A stretch of 64,000 nt of DNA from an uncultured Candidatus Saccharibacteria bacterium (GCA_964491925.1 CAZBGZ010000002.1:113492-177491), one strand, 5' to 3'. Shown: positions 17,935-27,152, counted from the stretch's first letter. Notes: generated from the sequence alone by a model not told the origin. Numbers and translations are program-made.

Positions 17935-19221
17935 CTACCGCCACAAAGGTTTTAAGTGGTTTTCTAACTCGACCACAAATTTTTCACTGCAGCTTCCCAG
18001 TATACCCAGCCCCCCTACTTTTTCATCGAATAAGCTATTGGCCACCTTAATCATTTTATCTTTTGTAACTCGTTCGATTCTATTGGGAACCTCGTAGTAA
18101 TCTTCTATAAATTCGTCAAAAAAATAACGCGTGCTGTAGCCGGATGCCGTGCCCCCGACTGTCTGAGCGCTACGCTGATAGCGACCTAATGCGTATTGTT
18201 TGGCACTTTCTATATCTTCATCGCTAATCTTTCCATTCCGAAGAAATAATATTTCACGAGTAATTATATCGAAAAGTTTAGCAGTGTTCTGAGGCAACAC
18301 TTGTGCAGCAAACCACCAATTACTGCCGCCGTTCCAGCGTGCGTATGACGAACTCATGCTATATACTAATCCTTGTTCTCGAGCCGCACCATAGATTCTT
18401 GAATGCAATGTTCCTGTTAGCATATTGTTAGCTAGCGCTAAAGCGTCAGTCTCCCCATTCTCCATCCATGATTTCATAAAAGTATCTATGCAAAAATAAA
18501 GATTATCAACCGTTTTGTTTTCGATATACATCGGTGTAGCTAGACTTTTTGGGTGCTCTACTGGCAATGCAACTCGACCGGACTTTGTTGGCAAAGCAAT
18601 AGATTCTAACATTTTAACCACCGTATCTTGCCTGCTTTTTGGTAATTTGCCGGCTACTACAAAACGAATATTGTCGGTAGTGTGGGTTTTCTCGTAATGA
18701 GCACGAACATCGTCCAATGTTACATTCTTCATGACTTTTATTCGCTCTTGGTCAGTCATTGCACACAACCCGTATTTTTCACGCAACGCTAAACCAAGGT
18801 GCCGGAAGTGGTTATTGGACCTAGCAGTTAATTCTTCTGAAACATTTCCAAATTCTGCCTGAAACTCCTCTTCTAAAAACAATGGCTTGGTTATTGCAAA
18901 AATATAGAGGTCTAGTACCCTCTGCCATTCAAAGTCAGCGCACTCAACTTCGTAAGTAATATCATATGCACCGGTAGATGCATTATAATAAGCTCCGTTT
19001 TTTTCTAGTTCTGCCTGAAAATCGCGAGCGTGAGGAAACTTCTGATTTGCGTTAAAAATCAGATGCTCTAAAAGATGTGCTGTTTCCCACTTTTCTCGTT
19101 TTAAAAGATATTCCCCCGCCCGAAAGTTTATTTCACAGGACATTACGCTCGCGTCGGGAATATTTATAAACAGACCTTTTGCGCCATTTTTTAATTTTAC
19201 TTCGATGACTTGGTGCTTCAT
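17935..19221 (-). CDS. M16 family (pitrilysin/insulinase-like) zinc peptidase
   Basis: 428 aa. Inverted zinc motif 'HLLEHLIF' (HxxEH) near the N-terminus and a two-lobed length. Confidence 0.8.
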   Translation of the reverse strand: MKHQVIEVKLKNGAKGLFINIPDASVMSCEINFRAGEYLLKREKWETAHLLEHLIFNANQKFPHARDFQAELEKNGAYYNASTGAYDITYEVECADFEWQRVLDLYIFAITKPLFLEEEFQAEFGNVSEELTARSNNHFRHLGLALREKYGLCAMTDQERIKVMKNVTLDDVRAHYEKTHTTDNIRFVVAGKLPKSRQDTVVKMLESIALPTKSGRVALPVEHPKSLATPMYIENKTVDNLYFCIDTFMKSWMENGETDALALANNMLTGTLHSRIYGAAREQGLVYSMSSSYARWNGGSNWWFAAQVLPQNTAKLFDIITREILFLRNGKISDEDIESAKQYALGRYQRSAQTVGGTASGYSTRYFFDEFIEDYYEVPNRIERVTKDKMIKVANSLFDEKVGGLGILGSCSEKFVVELENHLKPLWR

Positions 19222-19235
19222 TTTAACAAAGGTAT

Positions 19236-21875
19236 TTAGCGTTTTCGACCCTTAGCACGTCGTTTTCGCTCGGCTTTTCTGGATTTAGCTTTTGTTGTTT
19301 TTTTCTTTGCAATATTTCGCGGTTGTCTTATTGGCTCGTCAGTTGACTCTGCCTGTTGCAGGCTGGGTTTTGCCGCGACAAAATCTGTTTGCTTAAATTC
19401 TTCAGCTTCTAGAATCTTGTCGGCATTACTTATAGAGTTTCTCGCAGCGCGAGTTAGCTCGGTTTCAGTTGGAATATCCAACAAATCCTGGCTGACCGGG
19501 TGTGCAGTATACAAAGCCCGCAGTACTTCTGTGCGTAGCTCTACTTGCATCTCTTCAAACAGTGCCTGTGCTTGGCGACGATATTCGACTAACGGATCTC
19601 TCTGACCTACACTTATCCAACCAATTCCATTCCTTAAGTGATCCATTTCCTCTAGGTGCTGCATCCACAAATTATCTAATGCTTGCAAGTAAATATCACG
19701 CTCCACTTTTCGCATTATTTCAGATGTAAATACTGTTTCTCTACCTTCATATAATTCTAGGGCTTTCTGTTTGAGAACTATCGGAAATTTACTAATATCG
19801 GTATCGAACAAGGCATCTAGTGTAGGTTCATCAAATGGGAAGGTCTCGCGTAATACGTCCTCAAAACCGGCCTGTGTTGCGCTTGGCGAACGCGCCAATG
19901 ACTCAACTTGATCACCGATCATTGCTTTTATTCTGGCGCTTATATCGGGTTGTTTTAAAATTTCTCGACGCATTGTGTATGTAGCCTTACGGTGCCGGTT
20001 CATTACATCGTCATACTGAACAACATTTTTCCGTTGATCAAAGTGAAATCCTTCAACTTTCTTTTGAGCGCCTTCCAAACTTTTCGATATAAATCTATTT
20101 TCAATCGGAGTGTCTTCGTTATCTGTTAATCGGTCCATAACAGCTGCAATTCTATCTCCACCAAATATTCTCATTAAATCGTCCTCACAACTGACAAAAA
20201 ACTGGCTAGCTCCCGGGTCACCTTGGCGGCCAGATCTACCCCTAAGCTGATTATCGATTCGCCTGGACTCATGCCGCTCCGAACCAAGCACGAACAAGCC
20301 CCCTAGTTTCTTTACTGACTCATCTAGCACAATGTCGGTCCCGCGTCCGGCGATGTTAGTTGCAAGTGTGACAGCTCCCTTTTTCCCGGCAGCGGCAACA
20401 ATATGCGCCTCTCGTTCGTTATTCTTGGCATTTAGCATTTGATGCGGGATCTTTGCCTCGCCCAATAACTTGCTTAGGAGTTCGTTCTTTTCGATAGACA
20501 CGGTGCCGATCAACACGGGCTGACCCTTCATATGCATAGCTTTAACTTCTTTAACTATTGCTCTAAACTTCCCTGCTTCGGTTTTATAGATTCTATCTGT
20601 TTTGTCGTCACGGATTACAATCTTATTTGGCGGAACTTGTACTACTTCCAGTTCATAAACTTGATGGAATTCTTCACTTTCAGTTTCCGCAGTACCAGTC
20701 ATCCCAGCTAGTTTTTCGTATAAACGGAAGTAGTTCTGGAAACTAATGCTGGCTAGTGTCATAGATTCCTCTTGCACAGGAACACCTTCTTTTGCCTCGA
20801 TTGCCTGGTGCAAACCTTCGTTATAACGACGTCCTTTCAGTAAACGCCCAGTAAATTCATCAACGATTACAACCTCGCCGTCTTTTGTCACTACGTAGCT
20901 TTTATCTCGCTGGAATAGCGCCTGGGCTTTTAGCGATTGTTCCAAATGGTATAGAGTTCTAATATTATCGTTTGCATAGAGGTTATCAACCCCCAGCATT
21001 TTTTCTACTTCTTCAACCCCCTCGTCGGTCAGAACAACCGAATGATGTTTTTCGTCTTTCACGTAATGCTTTTCTTCAGAGAGGCGTTTAGTTAGCCGCG
21101 CAAACTGTTCGTATGCAGTTGCACTGGCTGTAGCTGGTGCAGAAATAATTAGTGGGGTCCTAGCCTCATCGATAAGTATCGAGTCAACTTCGTCAACAAT
21201 TGCATAATGGAGCGGTCGTTGACGTAGTTGGTCCTCTTCGCGGACCATGTTATCGCGCAAATAGTCAAACCCGAATTCATTATTTGTACCATAGGTAATG
21301 TCGGCAGCATAGGCCTCCTGACGAGAACAAGGTTTTAGGTGGCGCAGTCTTGGGTCCTCGTGATCGCTATTTTCAAACTTTGAATCATAAATGAAAGATT
21401 CTTCAGGAATAATCACGCCAACACTAAGTCCCAAAAAATCATAAACTGGCGCCATCCATCCGGCATCACGCTGGGCAAGATAATCGTTTACCGTTACCAA
21501 ATGAGCTCCTTTACCGGTAAGTCCGTTCAAATACAGAGGGAGCGTGGCAGCAAAGGTTTTTCCCTCACCAGTTTTCATCTCCATAACGTTCCCTTCGTGC
21601 AGGACCATTCCACCAATCAGCTGAACATCAAAATGACGCATTTTCAAAGTTCGGAGTGCCGCTTCTCTGGCAACAGCGAAAGCATCGGGTAGTATTTTGT
21701 CTAGAGAATCTTTTTTTAATCTCTTGCGAAGCTTGTCTGTCTGCTCTTTCAGCTGTTTGTCAGATAGTTTTTTGTACTTCGATTCTAGCGCGTTAACTTC
21801 AATAACCCGCTTTTTTAGCCTTTTCAACGTTTTTACTTGGGGGTCTCCCAGAATTTTTTTTAGTACTTTTTTCAA
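19236..21875 (-). CDS. secA: preprotein translocase ATPase SecA
   Basis: 879 aa. 'MRHFDVQLIGGMVLHEGNVMEMKTGEGKT', 'DEVDSILIDEARTPLIIS' and 'TNIAGRGTDI'. It has a Lys/Arg-rich C-terminal tail and no Cys-rich zinc finger. Confidence 0.95.
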   Translation of the reverse strand: MKKVLKKILGDPQVKTLKRLKKRVIEVNALESKYKKLSDKQLKEQTDKLRKRLKKDSLDKILPDAFAVAREAALRTLKMRHFDVQLIGGMVLHEGNVMEMKTGEGKTFAATLPLYLNGLTGKGAHLVTVNDYLAQRDAGWMAPVYDFLGLSVGVIIPEESFIYDSKFENSDHEDPRLRHLKPCSRQEAYAADITYGTNNEFGFDYLRDNMVREEDQLRQRPLHYAIVDEVDSILIDEARTPLIISAPATASATAYEQFARLTKRLSEEKHYVKDEKHHSVVLTDEGVEEVEKMLGVDNLYANDNIRTLYHLEQSLKAQALFQRDKSYVVTKDGEVVIVDEFTGRLLKGRRYNEGLHQAIEAKEGVPVQEESMTLASISFQNYFRLYEKLAGMTGTAETESEEFHQVYELEVVQVPPNKIVIRDDKTDRIYKTEAGKFRAIVKEVKAMHMKGQPVLIGTVSIEKNELLSKLLGEAKIPHQMLNAKNNEREAHIVAAAGKKGAVTLATNIAGRGTDIVLDESVKKLGGLFVLGSERHESRRIDNQLRGRSGRQGDPGASQFFVSCEDDLMRIFGGDRIAAVMDRLTDNEDTPIENRFISKSLEGAQKKVEGFHFDQRKNVVQYDDVMNRHRKATYTMRREILKQPDISARIKAMIGDQVESLARSPSATQAGFEDVLRETFPFDEPTLDALFDTDISKFPIVLKQKALELYEGRETVFTSEIMRKVERDIYLQALDNLWMQHLEEMDHLRNGIGWISVGQRDPLVEYRRQAQALFEEMQVELRTEVLRALYTAHPVSQDLLDIPTETELTRAARNSISNADKILEAEEFKQTDFVAAKPSLQQAESTDEPIRQPRNIAKKKTTKAKSRKAERKRRAKGRKR

Positions 21876-21931
21876 AAAACTATTCCTCTACTTTAAAACC
21901 AGAAAATAACTCAGTTGCAAGTATAACAAAT

Positions 21932-22297
21932 TTAACGTATTGAATGCGACTTGATTTTCCTAATTAAGTTACGTGCAAACCTTTTTTTTGTATGTTTTTC
22001 TTTATATTTCTTAATCAAGTTTTTTAGCTTTGTCTCTACAATATCTACGGAAGCAAACATATTCATGGTTGTTTCCGACAACTTTATACTGTCATGGGGT
22101 AAGTACAAAACTACATCACATGTATATTGTTTTTTCTCTTTTATTTTTTGCTCTTTTAGTTTTACTTCGACGTGTGCCGACTCTCGAGCCTTTCTGGGCA
22201 GGTATTTGTCCATGTTACCTATTTTTTTAACGATGTATTTATTTAGTTTTGGCTCAATGTCCATGTGAACACCAGCGATTTCCATTTTTGAAATCAT
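21932..22297 (-). CDS. hpf: ribosome hibernation promoting factor / RaiA family (short form)
   Basis: 121 aa. 'IEPKLNKYIVKKIGNMDKYL....AHVEVKL' and 'DMFASVDIVETKL'-like pattern of the sigma-54 modulation/S30EA family. Confidence 0.7.
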   Translation of the reverse strand: MISKMEIAGVHMDIEPKLNKYIVKKIGNMDKYLPRKARESAHVEVKLKEQKIKEKKQYTCDVVLYLPHDSIKLSETTMNMFASVDIVETKLKNLIKKYKEKHTKKRFARNLIRKIKSHSIR

Positions 22298-23595
22298 AAA
22301 ATAATTTCCTTTCCATTCATATATTTCTTAAGCGCCTTCGGAATTCGAATCTTCCCGTCACTTGTCTGGTTGTTCTCCATAATCGCCTTCATTATCCGTC
22401 CCAAAGCAAATGCGGTTGCATCATTGGTATGTACAAATTCTAATTCCCCACCAGACCTCCTGACTCTTGTTCGTAGGCTACGAGCCTGGTAGTCCGTCAT
22501 GTAATCTGCGGTGTGCGTTTCTCTGTAATCATTTTGGGCTGGCATCCATGTATTAATATCTACCCCCTGCGCATTAGGGCCTCCGATGTCGGCGGTGCAT
22601 TTCTGAATCAACTGATAAGGTAGCTCTAGTAAATTAACAAGATATTCTTGCACTGCAACTAGTAATTTATGCTCGTCTAAACCAGTTTCTGCAGTGCTAA
22701 ATACCTCCATTTCAATTTTATCAAATTGATGCATTCGAAAAACACCTTCGGTATCTTTTCCGTACGATCCAGCCTCGCGCCTGAAGCTTGTGGCGTAACC
22801 AACATATCGAATAGGTAAATCCGCCTCATCCAAAATTTCATTCATGTACATAGTGCAAAGGCTATGCTCTGCGCTTGCATTCATCCAAAGCTCATCATCA
22901 GCTAGTTTGTATGTAACCTCTTGGGCATCAAGCCTTCCAGACGCAGCGTATGGTTCAGTCTTCACCATTGCAGGAGGCAAAATTGGCACAAAAGCTTTCG
23001 GTTTAAGATTTAGATTTTTGTCTTGGATTAATTTATTGATTATTGATTCGTCGGCCAGAGTATCAAAAACCAACTGTATAGTCGCAAACTGCAGATGCAC
23101 TAAATCACCTTTTATATATGCAAAGCGAGTTCCAGCAACTTTGGTTGCTCGCTCTTTATCAATAGTGTCGGTTTGCATACCGAGCTCTGCATCGCTTTTT
23201 GGTTGAAAATCAAACTTTGGCTGATCGCCGACAGTGTCGATTACTTTATTCTCATCTTCGCTGGCACCAATTGGTACTTCGTCCAGCGGCATATTCGGAA
23301 CTTTATTTAAAAGTTCATAAAATTGTTTTTCAGTTTTCGCTAAGTCTTCTTCCAGTTTTACTGATTTATCTTTGAGCGCTTTGCCCTTCTTTACCTGGTC
23401 TTCATTTGGTTTCTGGCCTTTGGCACTAGACGCCAACTCGTTACGCTCTGCTCTTAGGGCTTCTACTTTTTGCTGGAGTTCCCGTTTTTTATTATCTAGA
23501 TTTAGCAACTCGGCTGTATCTACGTCGTAGCCTTTATGCTTAGACTTCATTTTAACTAACTCAGGGTCATCCCTCACAATTTGGATATCTATCAT
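22294..23595 (-). CDS. serS: serine--tRNA ligase
   Basis: 433 aa. 'MIDIQIVRDDPELV' with an N-terminal coiled-coil arm. Class II motifs 'FRREAGSYGKDTEGVFRMHQFDKIE' and 'GRIMKAIMENNQ'. Confidence 0.95.
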   Translation of the reverse strand: MIDIQIVRDDPELVKMKSKHKGYDVDTAELLNLDNKKRELQQKVEALRAERNELASSAKGQKPNEDQVKKGKALKDKSVKLEEDLAKTEKQFYELLNKVPNMPLDEVPIGASEDENKVIDTVGDQPKFDFQPKSDAELGMQTDTIDKERATKVAGTRFAYIKGDLVHLQFATIQLVFDTLADESIINKLIQDKNLNLKPKAFVPILPPAMVKTEPYAASGRLDAQEVTYKLADDELWMNASAEHSLCTMYMNEILDEADLPIRYVGYATSFRREAGSYGKDTEGVFRMHQFDKIEMEVFSTAETGLDEHKLLVAVQEYLVNLLELPYQLIQKCTADIGGPNAQGVDINTWMPAQNDYRETHTADYMTDYQARSLRTRVRRSGGELEFVHTNDATAFALGRIMKAIMENNQTSDGKIRIPKALKKYMNGKEIIL

Positions 23596-23658
23596 ATTAC
23601 CTCTATTATAACTCTATATACAACCAAGAGAAAGTATAAAGCTTTAGTTGTCGGGTTT

Positions 23659-24444
23659 TTAATTTATCTCAGAAGTTTTTCTATTTTTTAAGTGTTTTAA
23701 TGTTAATTCTGTGCGTTTCTTGGCATATTCGCAAAAATCACAAGCGCCGCCCATGGCAGCGGTACCTACCGCTGGCATATCGCCTTCCAGGCATTTTTTC
23801 ATATGAATCAAGGCCTTTTCTACCCATTTGTCACTGCCCTTGTACGCAATAACCTTCGTGCGAAATTCTATTTTATTATAAAATCCTTCCATATCAAGAC
23901 GCCCATTGGCATAAACAAAATATCCTGTGTCGCTTACTTTGAAACCATTTTGTCGAAGCAGCCATTGATAGATTTCCATCTGACGTTTGTAGGCAATCTG
24001 CCAATCGGCATCTATAGTTACTTCGGCTGACTTGGCGGTGGCTTTGTAATCAACAACTATCAACTCTCCGTCGTCGTTTACCCACACATCATCAACAGCG
24101 CCAGTGACTAAAAAATTGGATTTTTTATCTACGACCTGTACACCGATAAAATTTTCTCGCCATGTATCCAAGTCTTTGTGCGCAAACGGAATTGCCGGCA
24201 CTCTGTATTCTTCCATAATTGGATGCGGTGTTTTTGTTGCTCGGTGAATATCAAACTCTTTTTTTAGCAACTCATCTACTGCAGAGTTTATTCTGAATGG
24301 TGGCCCACTGGGACGTTTTATCTTTAGCCTATTATCCAACCAAAAACAACGCGGGCACTGCATAAAAAGTTCGATTTTGCTGCGGCTAACTTTAAACGGA
24401 TCACTTTGTCCGGGCTCGAATGGTTTTGTGCGTTGATAAACCAT
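23659..24444 (-). CDS. PD-(D/E)XK nuclease family protein (Cas4/RecB-nuclease-like), stand-alone
   Basis: 261 aa. 'VVDYKATAKS' (D/E-x-K) and 'QMEIYQWLL' (QxxxY). Cys pairs occur at both ends ('QCPRCFW' and 'ACDFCEY'). Confidence 0.6.
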   Translation of the reverse strand: MVYQRTKPFEPGQSDPFKVSRSKIELFMQCPRCFWLDNRLKIKRPSGPPFRINSAVDELLKKEFDIHRATKTPHPIMEEYRVPAIPFAHKDLDTWRENFIGVQVVDKKSNFLVTGAVDDVWVNDDGELIVVDYKATAKSAEVTIDADWQIAYKRQMEIYQWLLRQNGFKVSDTGYFVYANGRLDMEGFYNKIEFRTKVIAYKGSDKWVEKALIHMKKCLEGDMPAVGTAAMGGACDFCEYAKKRTELTLKHLKNRKTSEIN

Positions 24445-25074
24445 TTATCTTTTTCCAACTTTTTCTATTGCACCAAGAAGATCATTAGGTTTCTGTATCA
24501 ATACATCCGGGCCGGATGCTTTTAATATTTTTTCTCCGTTAAACCCCCAGGCTACAGAAATGATTGGGATGCCTAGTTTTTTGGAAGCATCAATGTCTCG
24601 CACTTCGTCACCAACATACAGGCAGTCGGCTTTATCTATTTTTTTCACTTTTAAAAACTTCTTTAGGGCGCTAGTTTTACTAAATAATCCAATGCCGCCT
24701 TGTACGTCACCGAAACAATCTGATAGCTCGTTCCTCTTCAGGAATGACCTAATATTGCCCTCGCTATTAGAACTGAGAACGTATAGCATGTAGCCCTCAT
24801 TTTTTATCGCTTTAATCTCATTGCCCAAGCCTGGAATAATTTTTAGTTCATCCATGCGTTGTTTTATCATCGTCCGCCCTTTGACTACTAGTCGCAAAAT
24901 CCGACTATAAGGTATCCCGCTTTCTTTTAGCACCGCCCGCATCGGCAGGTTTCGTAGTCGCATTTTCTCTGATTCTGAAAGATTCAGGGGCCCCAATAGT
25001 TGCTCGGCAATTTCAATAACTAGCGGTAAACTGTCAGCCAACGTGCCATCAAAATCAAAAATTATATGCCTCAT
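24445..25074 (-). CDS. HAD-superfamily hydrolase (phosphoglycolate-phosphatase-like)
   Basis: 209 aa. Motif I 'IIFDFDGTLADS', motif II 'VLSSNS' and motif IV 'YVGDEVRDIDA'. Confidence 0.8.
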   Translation of the reverse strand: MRHIIFDFDGTLADSLPLVIEIAEQLLGPLNLSESEKMRLRNLPMRAVLKESGIPYSRILRLVVKGRTMIKQRMDELKIIPGLGNEIKAIKNEGYMLYVLSSNSEGNIRSFLKRNELSDCFGDVQGGIGLFSKTSALKKFLKVKKIDKADCLYVGDEVRDIDASKKLGIPIISVAWGFNGEKILKASGPDVLIQKPNDLLGAIEKVGKR

Positions 25075-25192
25075 CTCAGTTTTATTTTACTACAAAAGGG
25101 GTAATCTAGAGAGAACAAAAGCTCACCCGGCCTTAGGCTAGTTAGAAGATAAAGTGAAGCGCGCAAATATCCCACTACAATTTGCATGTTTA

Positions 25193-25311
25193 GGCCGTAA
25201 TAGAGTAGTAAGATGCGCGGCGACAGCGAGTATCGTAAATTGGACGTACTTTCGGTACGTCCAATGCGAAACACAGCTGACAACAAAGCAGATTGCTGCT
25301 CTATTACGGCC
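25193..25311 (-). repeat. structured GC-rich intergenic element, copy A (13-bp terminal inverted repeats, internal hairpins); homologous to 53669-53797
   Basis: GGCCGTAATAGAG (25193-25205) is the exact reverse complement of CTCTATTACGGCC (25299-25311). There is an internal perfect 10-bp hairpin, TTGGACGTAC/tttcg/GTACGTCCAA (25240-25264). The 3' arm overlaps the heliorhodopsin stop codon (25304-25306). The strand is assigned from the flanking transcription direction. Confidence 0.55.
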
Positions 25312-26113
25312 GTAATGCGCCGAAGAAGACTTGCCACGCAAGTGCCGACTTAGCAACCAGGCTCAGAATCATATAAACACGCTCGCCATACAAATACTCT
25401 GCCCACTTGCCTTTTCGCTTGTACTGCAAATACATATTTATTGCAAAACAGTTAAAGAACAAGAATAGGCTGCCGTAAATAAAGTATACGAATGTTGGAA
25501 TTTGCCCACTACCATACACATTTGCCCCCCAGAAATAAATTCCTATAACAATCCAAGGTACAATACCAGCCTTGCTACCCAGAATGAAACTTAGCCAATT
25601 AACCTTTTTAGACTTGCCATTCCAAGACTCCATTAGTAACCCTGTGCCATTCATTATTGCCGTAAGCATAAATATCATCAGTAAACTGGATAAGTCATAA
25701 ATGCCTGACAGCATCGCAATTGCGATCATCATGGTGCTTGCACTAAATGCATACTCTATCCAACGAACCTTATTTATGTGGTTTTTAAGATTTTTCTCGT
25801 AGGATTTTCGCAGTTTTGTGGCAACCAGTGCATGTGCAATTGCTGACATAAAAAAGAAAGCCGCTACTATATATGCCAGGTTCACATCAAACAAATTTTG
25901 AGTTGCTGGGACTAATTGTGGCTGCCCCGCGGAAGAACTAAGAGTATCTAGCGTGATAAAATTTGTACTTACCGGGAAGGTTGCAGCTTTTGCTAGCAAG
26001 ACTACTGCGATACCCTGCACAGCGTGTAGTATGGCCAGAGTTACGTTCCATTTATGAAGGCTTTCAAATGAAATTTTTTGTTTTTTCTTCAATGATATTG
26101 ATTGTTTTTTCAT
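25304..26113 (-). CDS. heliorhodopsin
   Basis: 269 aa with 7 hydrophobic helices. By-eye alignment to heliorhodopsin 48C12 as I remember it gives 'RWIEYAFSASTMM' (48C12 'RWVEYSLSSSVMI'), 'GIVPWI' and 'SLFLFFNCFAINMYLQYKRKGKWAEYLYGERVYMILSLVAKSALAWQVFFGALRP', near-identical to the 48C12 C-terminus. The Schiff-base Lys is in 'SLVAKSA'. Confidence 0.85.
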   Translation of the reverse strand: MKKQSISLKKKQKISFESLHKWNVTLAILHAVQGIAVVLLAKAATFPVSTNFITLDTLSSSAGQPQLVPATQNLFDVNLAYIVAAFFFMSAIAHALVATKLRKSYEKNLKNHINKVRWIEYAFSASTMMIAIAMLSGIYDLSSLLMIFMLTAIMNGTGLLMESWNGKSKKVNWLSFILGSKAGIVPWIVIGIYFWGANVYGSGQIPTFVYFIYGSLFLFFNCFAINMYLQYKRKGKWAEYLYGERVYMILSLVAKSALAWQVFFGALRP

Positions 26114-26141
26114 GATGTAAGTTTATCACATCAATTAATAG

Positions 26142-27152
26142 TTATTGGCTCTTGGTTGTCAGTGACGTATAGGAATCTCCTGACTTGACCAATACCAAAG
26201 TTTCGTGCGGACCCAGACTTTGTTCGCTTGTACTTTCATCTCCGAAACTATCCTTTATATCAATAATTACTTCCCCTACACTTGGAACTGCGTGCATGCC
26301 ATGTGATTCAAGCCCAGCATCAAAAGCTGCCCATGTGCCCAAAAAAAGTCCTACAGGGACTCCAACCCGAATCAATCCCCGTTTCCACCAGGGCTTTACC
26401 CCCGTGGTTAACTCACCAAATTTTGTATTTAATGCAATGAGCCGTTTAATTGACGCTCCGGCCAACTCTGTCCCTAACATTGCAATATCCAAAGGTTTTA
26501 ATTTATAACCATCCTGCAAGTCTTTGTAATTGGTTTTTGAGATCCATATTCTCGCCTGTTCTCCGACGTTATTATCGCGAGGAGGTGAAGTTTTTTCTGA
26601 GGCCTCTTCGGGCACCATCACTCTGTGCTCTATTCGTTCCTTAATGCCTGCGAGTATTGGGGACTCAGTGCTTGTACGCCTTTTCAGTCTAGACTGCACC
26701 CTAATTAGAAATTCGTCTCTAGCTCGCAACTCTTCGTTGCCTTTCACCATAAGTTTCACGTTTTTGCGAACCGCCTCAAGCCCAAAAGTATCACGCAAAG
26801 TCTGGCTATAGATGCGTCTGGATTGGGCCCTGTCGCCGCTGGTCAACGTCTGCCCAATGTTAACAGCGTCAAATAATCTATCTTCTGTAGATCGCGGGTG
26901 TTCCTCTGTAGGAGGGAGCGCAGCAACACATGCAGCAATTGATAAGACTAATGGTCCAAGAATGTCTTTCGCCTGTTCGACTGTTGGCTTTTCTGGTGGC
27001 ATTGACTGCGTGCGTGTCTCAACTTCAGCCATAATGTCATCCACGGGGATATCTGAGGCTCTGGCAAGGAGAGCTGAAGCAGCCTTCATATCACTATCTA
27101 CCGTTATGGCAGCCCTAAACTGATTGCTCGCGTCTATTAAATCCACATCCAT
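26142..27152 (-). CDS. hypothetical single-pass membrane protein upstream of heliorhodopsin
   Basis: 336 aa. A charged helical N-terminal ~250 aa, one TM ('GLIRVGVPVGLFLGTWAAFDAGL') and a ~60-aa C-terminal tail. It is on the same strand with a 28-nt gap to the heliorhodopsin start. Confidence 0.55.
   Translation of the reverse strand: MDVDLIDASNQFRAAITVDSDMKAASALLARASDIPVDDIMAEVETRTQSMPPEKPTVEQAKDILGPLVLSIAACVAALPPTEEHPRSTEDRLFDAVNIGQTLTSGDRAQSRRIYSQTLRDTFGLEAVRKNVKLMVKGNEELRARDEFLIRVQSRLKRRTSTESPILAGIKERIEHRVMVPEEASEKTSPPRDNNVGEQARIWISKTNYKDLQDGYKLKPLDIAMLGTELAGASIKRLIALNTKFGELTTGVKPWWKRGLIRVGVPVGLFLGTWAAFDAGLESHGMHAVPSVGEVIIDIKDSFGDESTSEQSLGPHETLVLVKSGDSYTSLTTKSQ

Noticed and set aside
25071-25356. 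Track ORFs 25071-25337(-) and 25138-25356(-), 88 and 72 aa, in the heliorhodopsin/HAD spacer
   Set aside because: They overlap each other and the heliorhodopsin 3' end, and they have odd Arg/Ser/Leu-rich composition. They run straight through the inverted repeats and hairpins of the structured element. The open frames are more simply explained by the GC-rich palindromic sequence.
26142-27152. Elevated GC as evidence that the heliorhodopsin neighbour, or the other orphan ORFs, were horizontally acquired
   Set aside because: Hand counts of single 60-nt lines gave 31/60 G+C at 26821-26880 against 20/60 at 25441-25500 inside heliorhodopsin. However, core genes reach the same level (33/60 at 601-660 in glyQS), and membrane proteins are AT-biased by codon choice. 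Without a computed sliding window the claim is unsupported.
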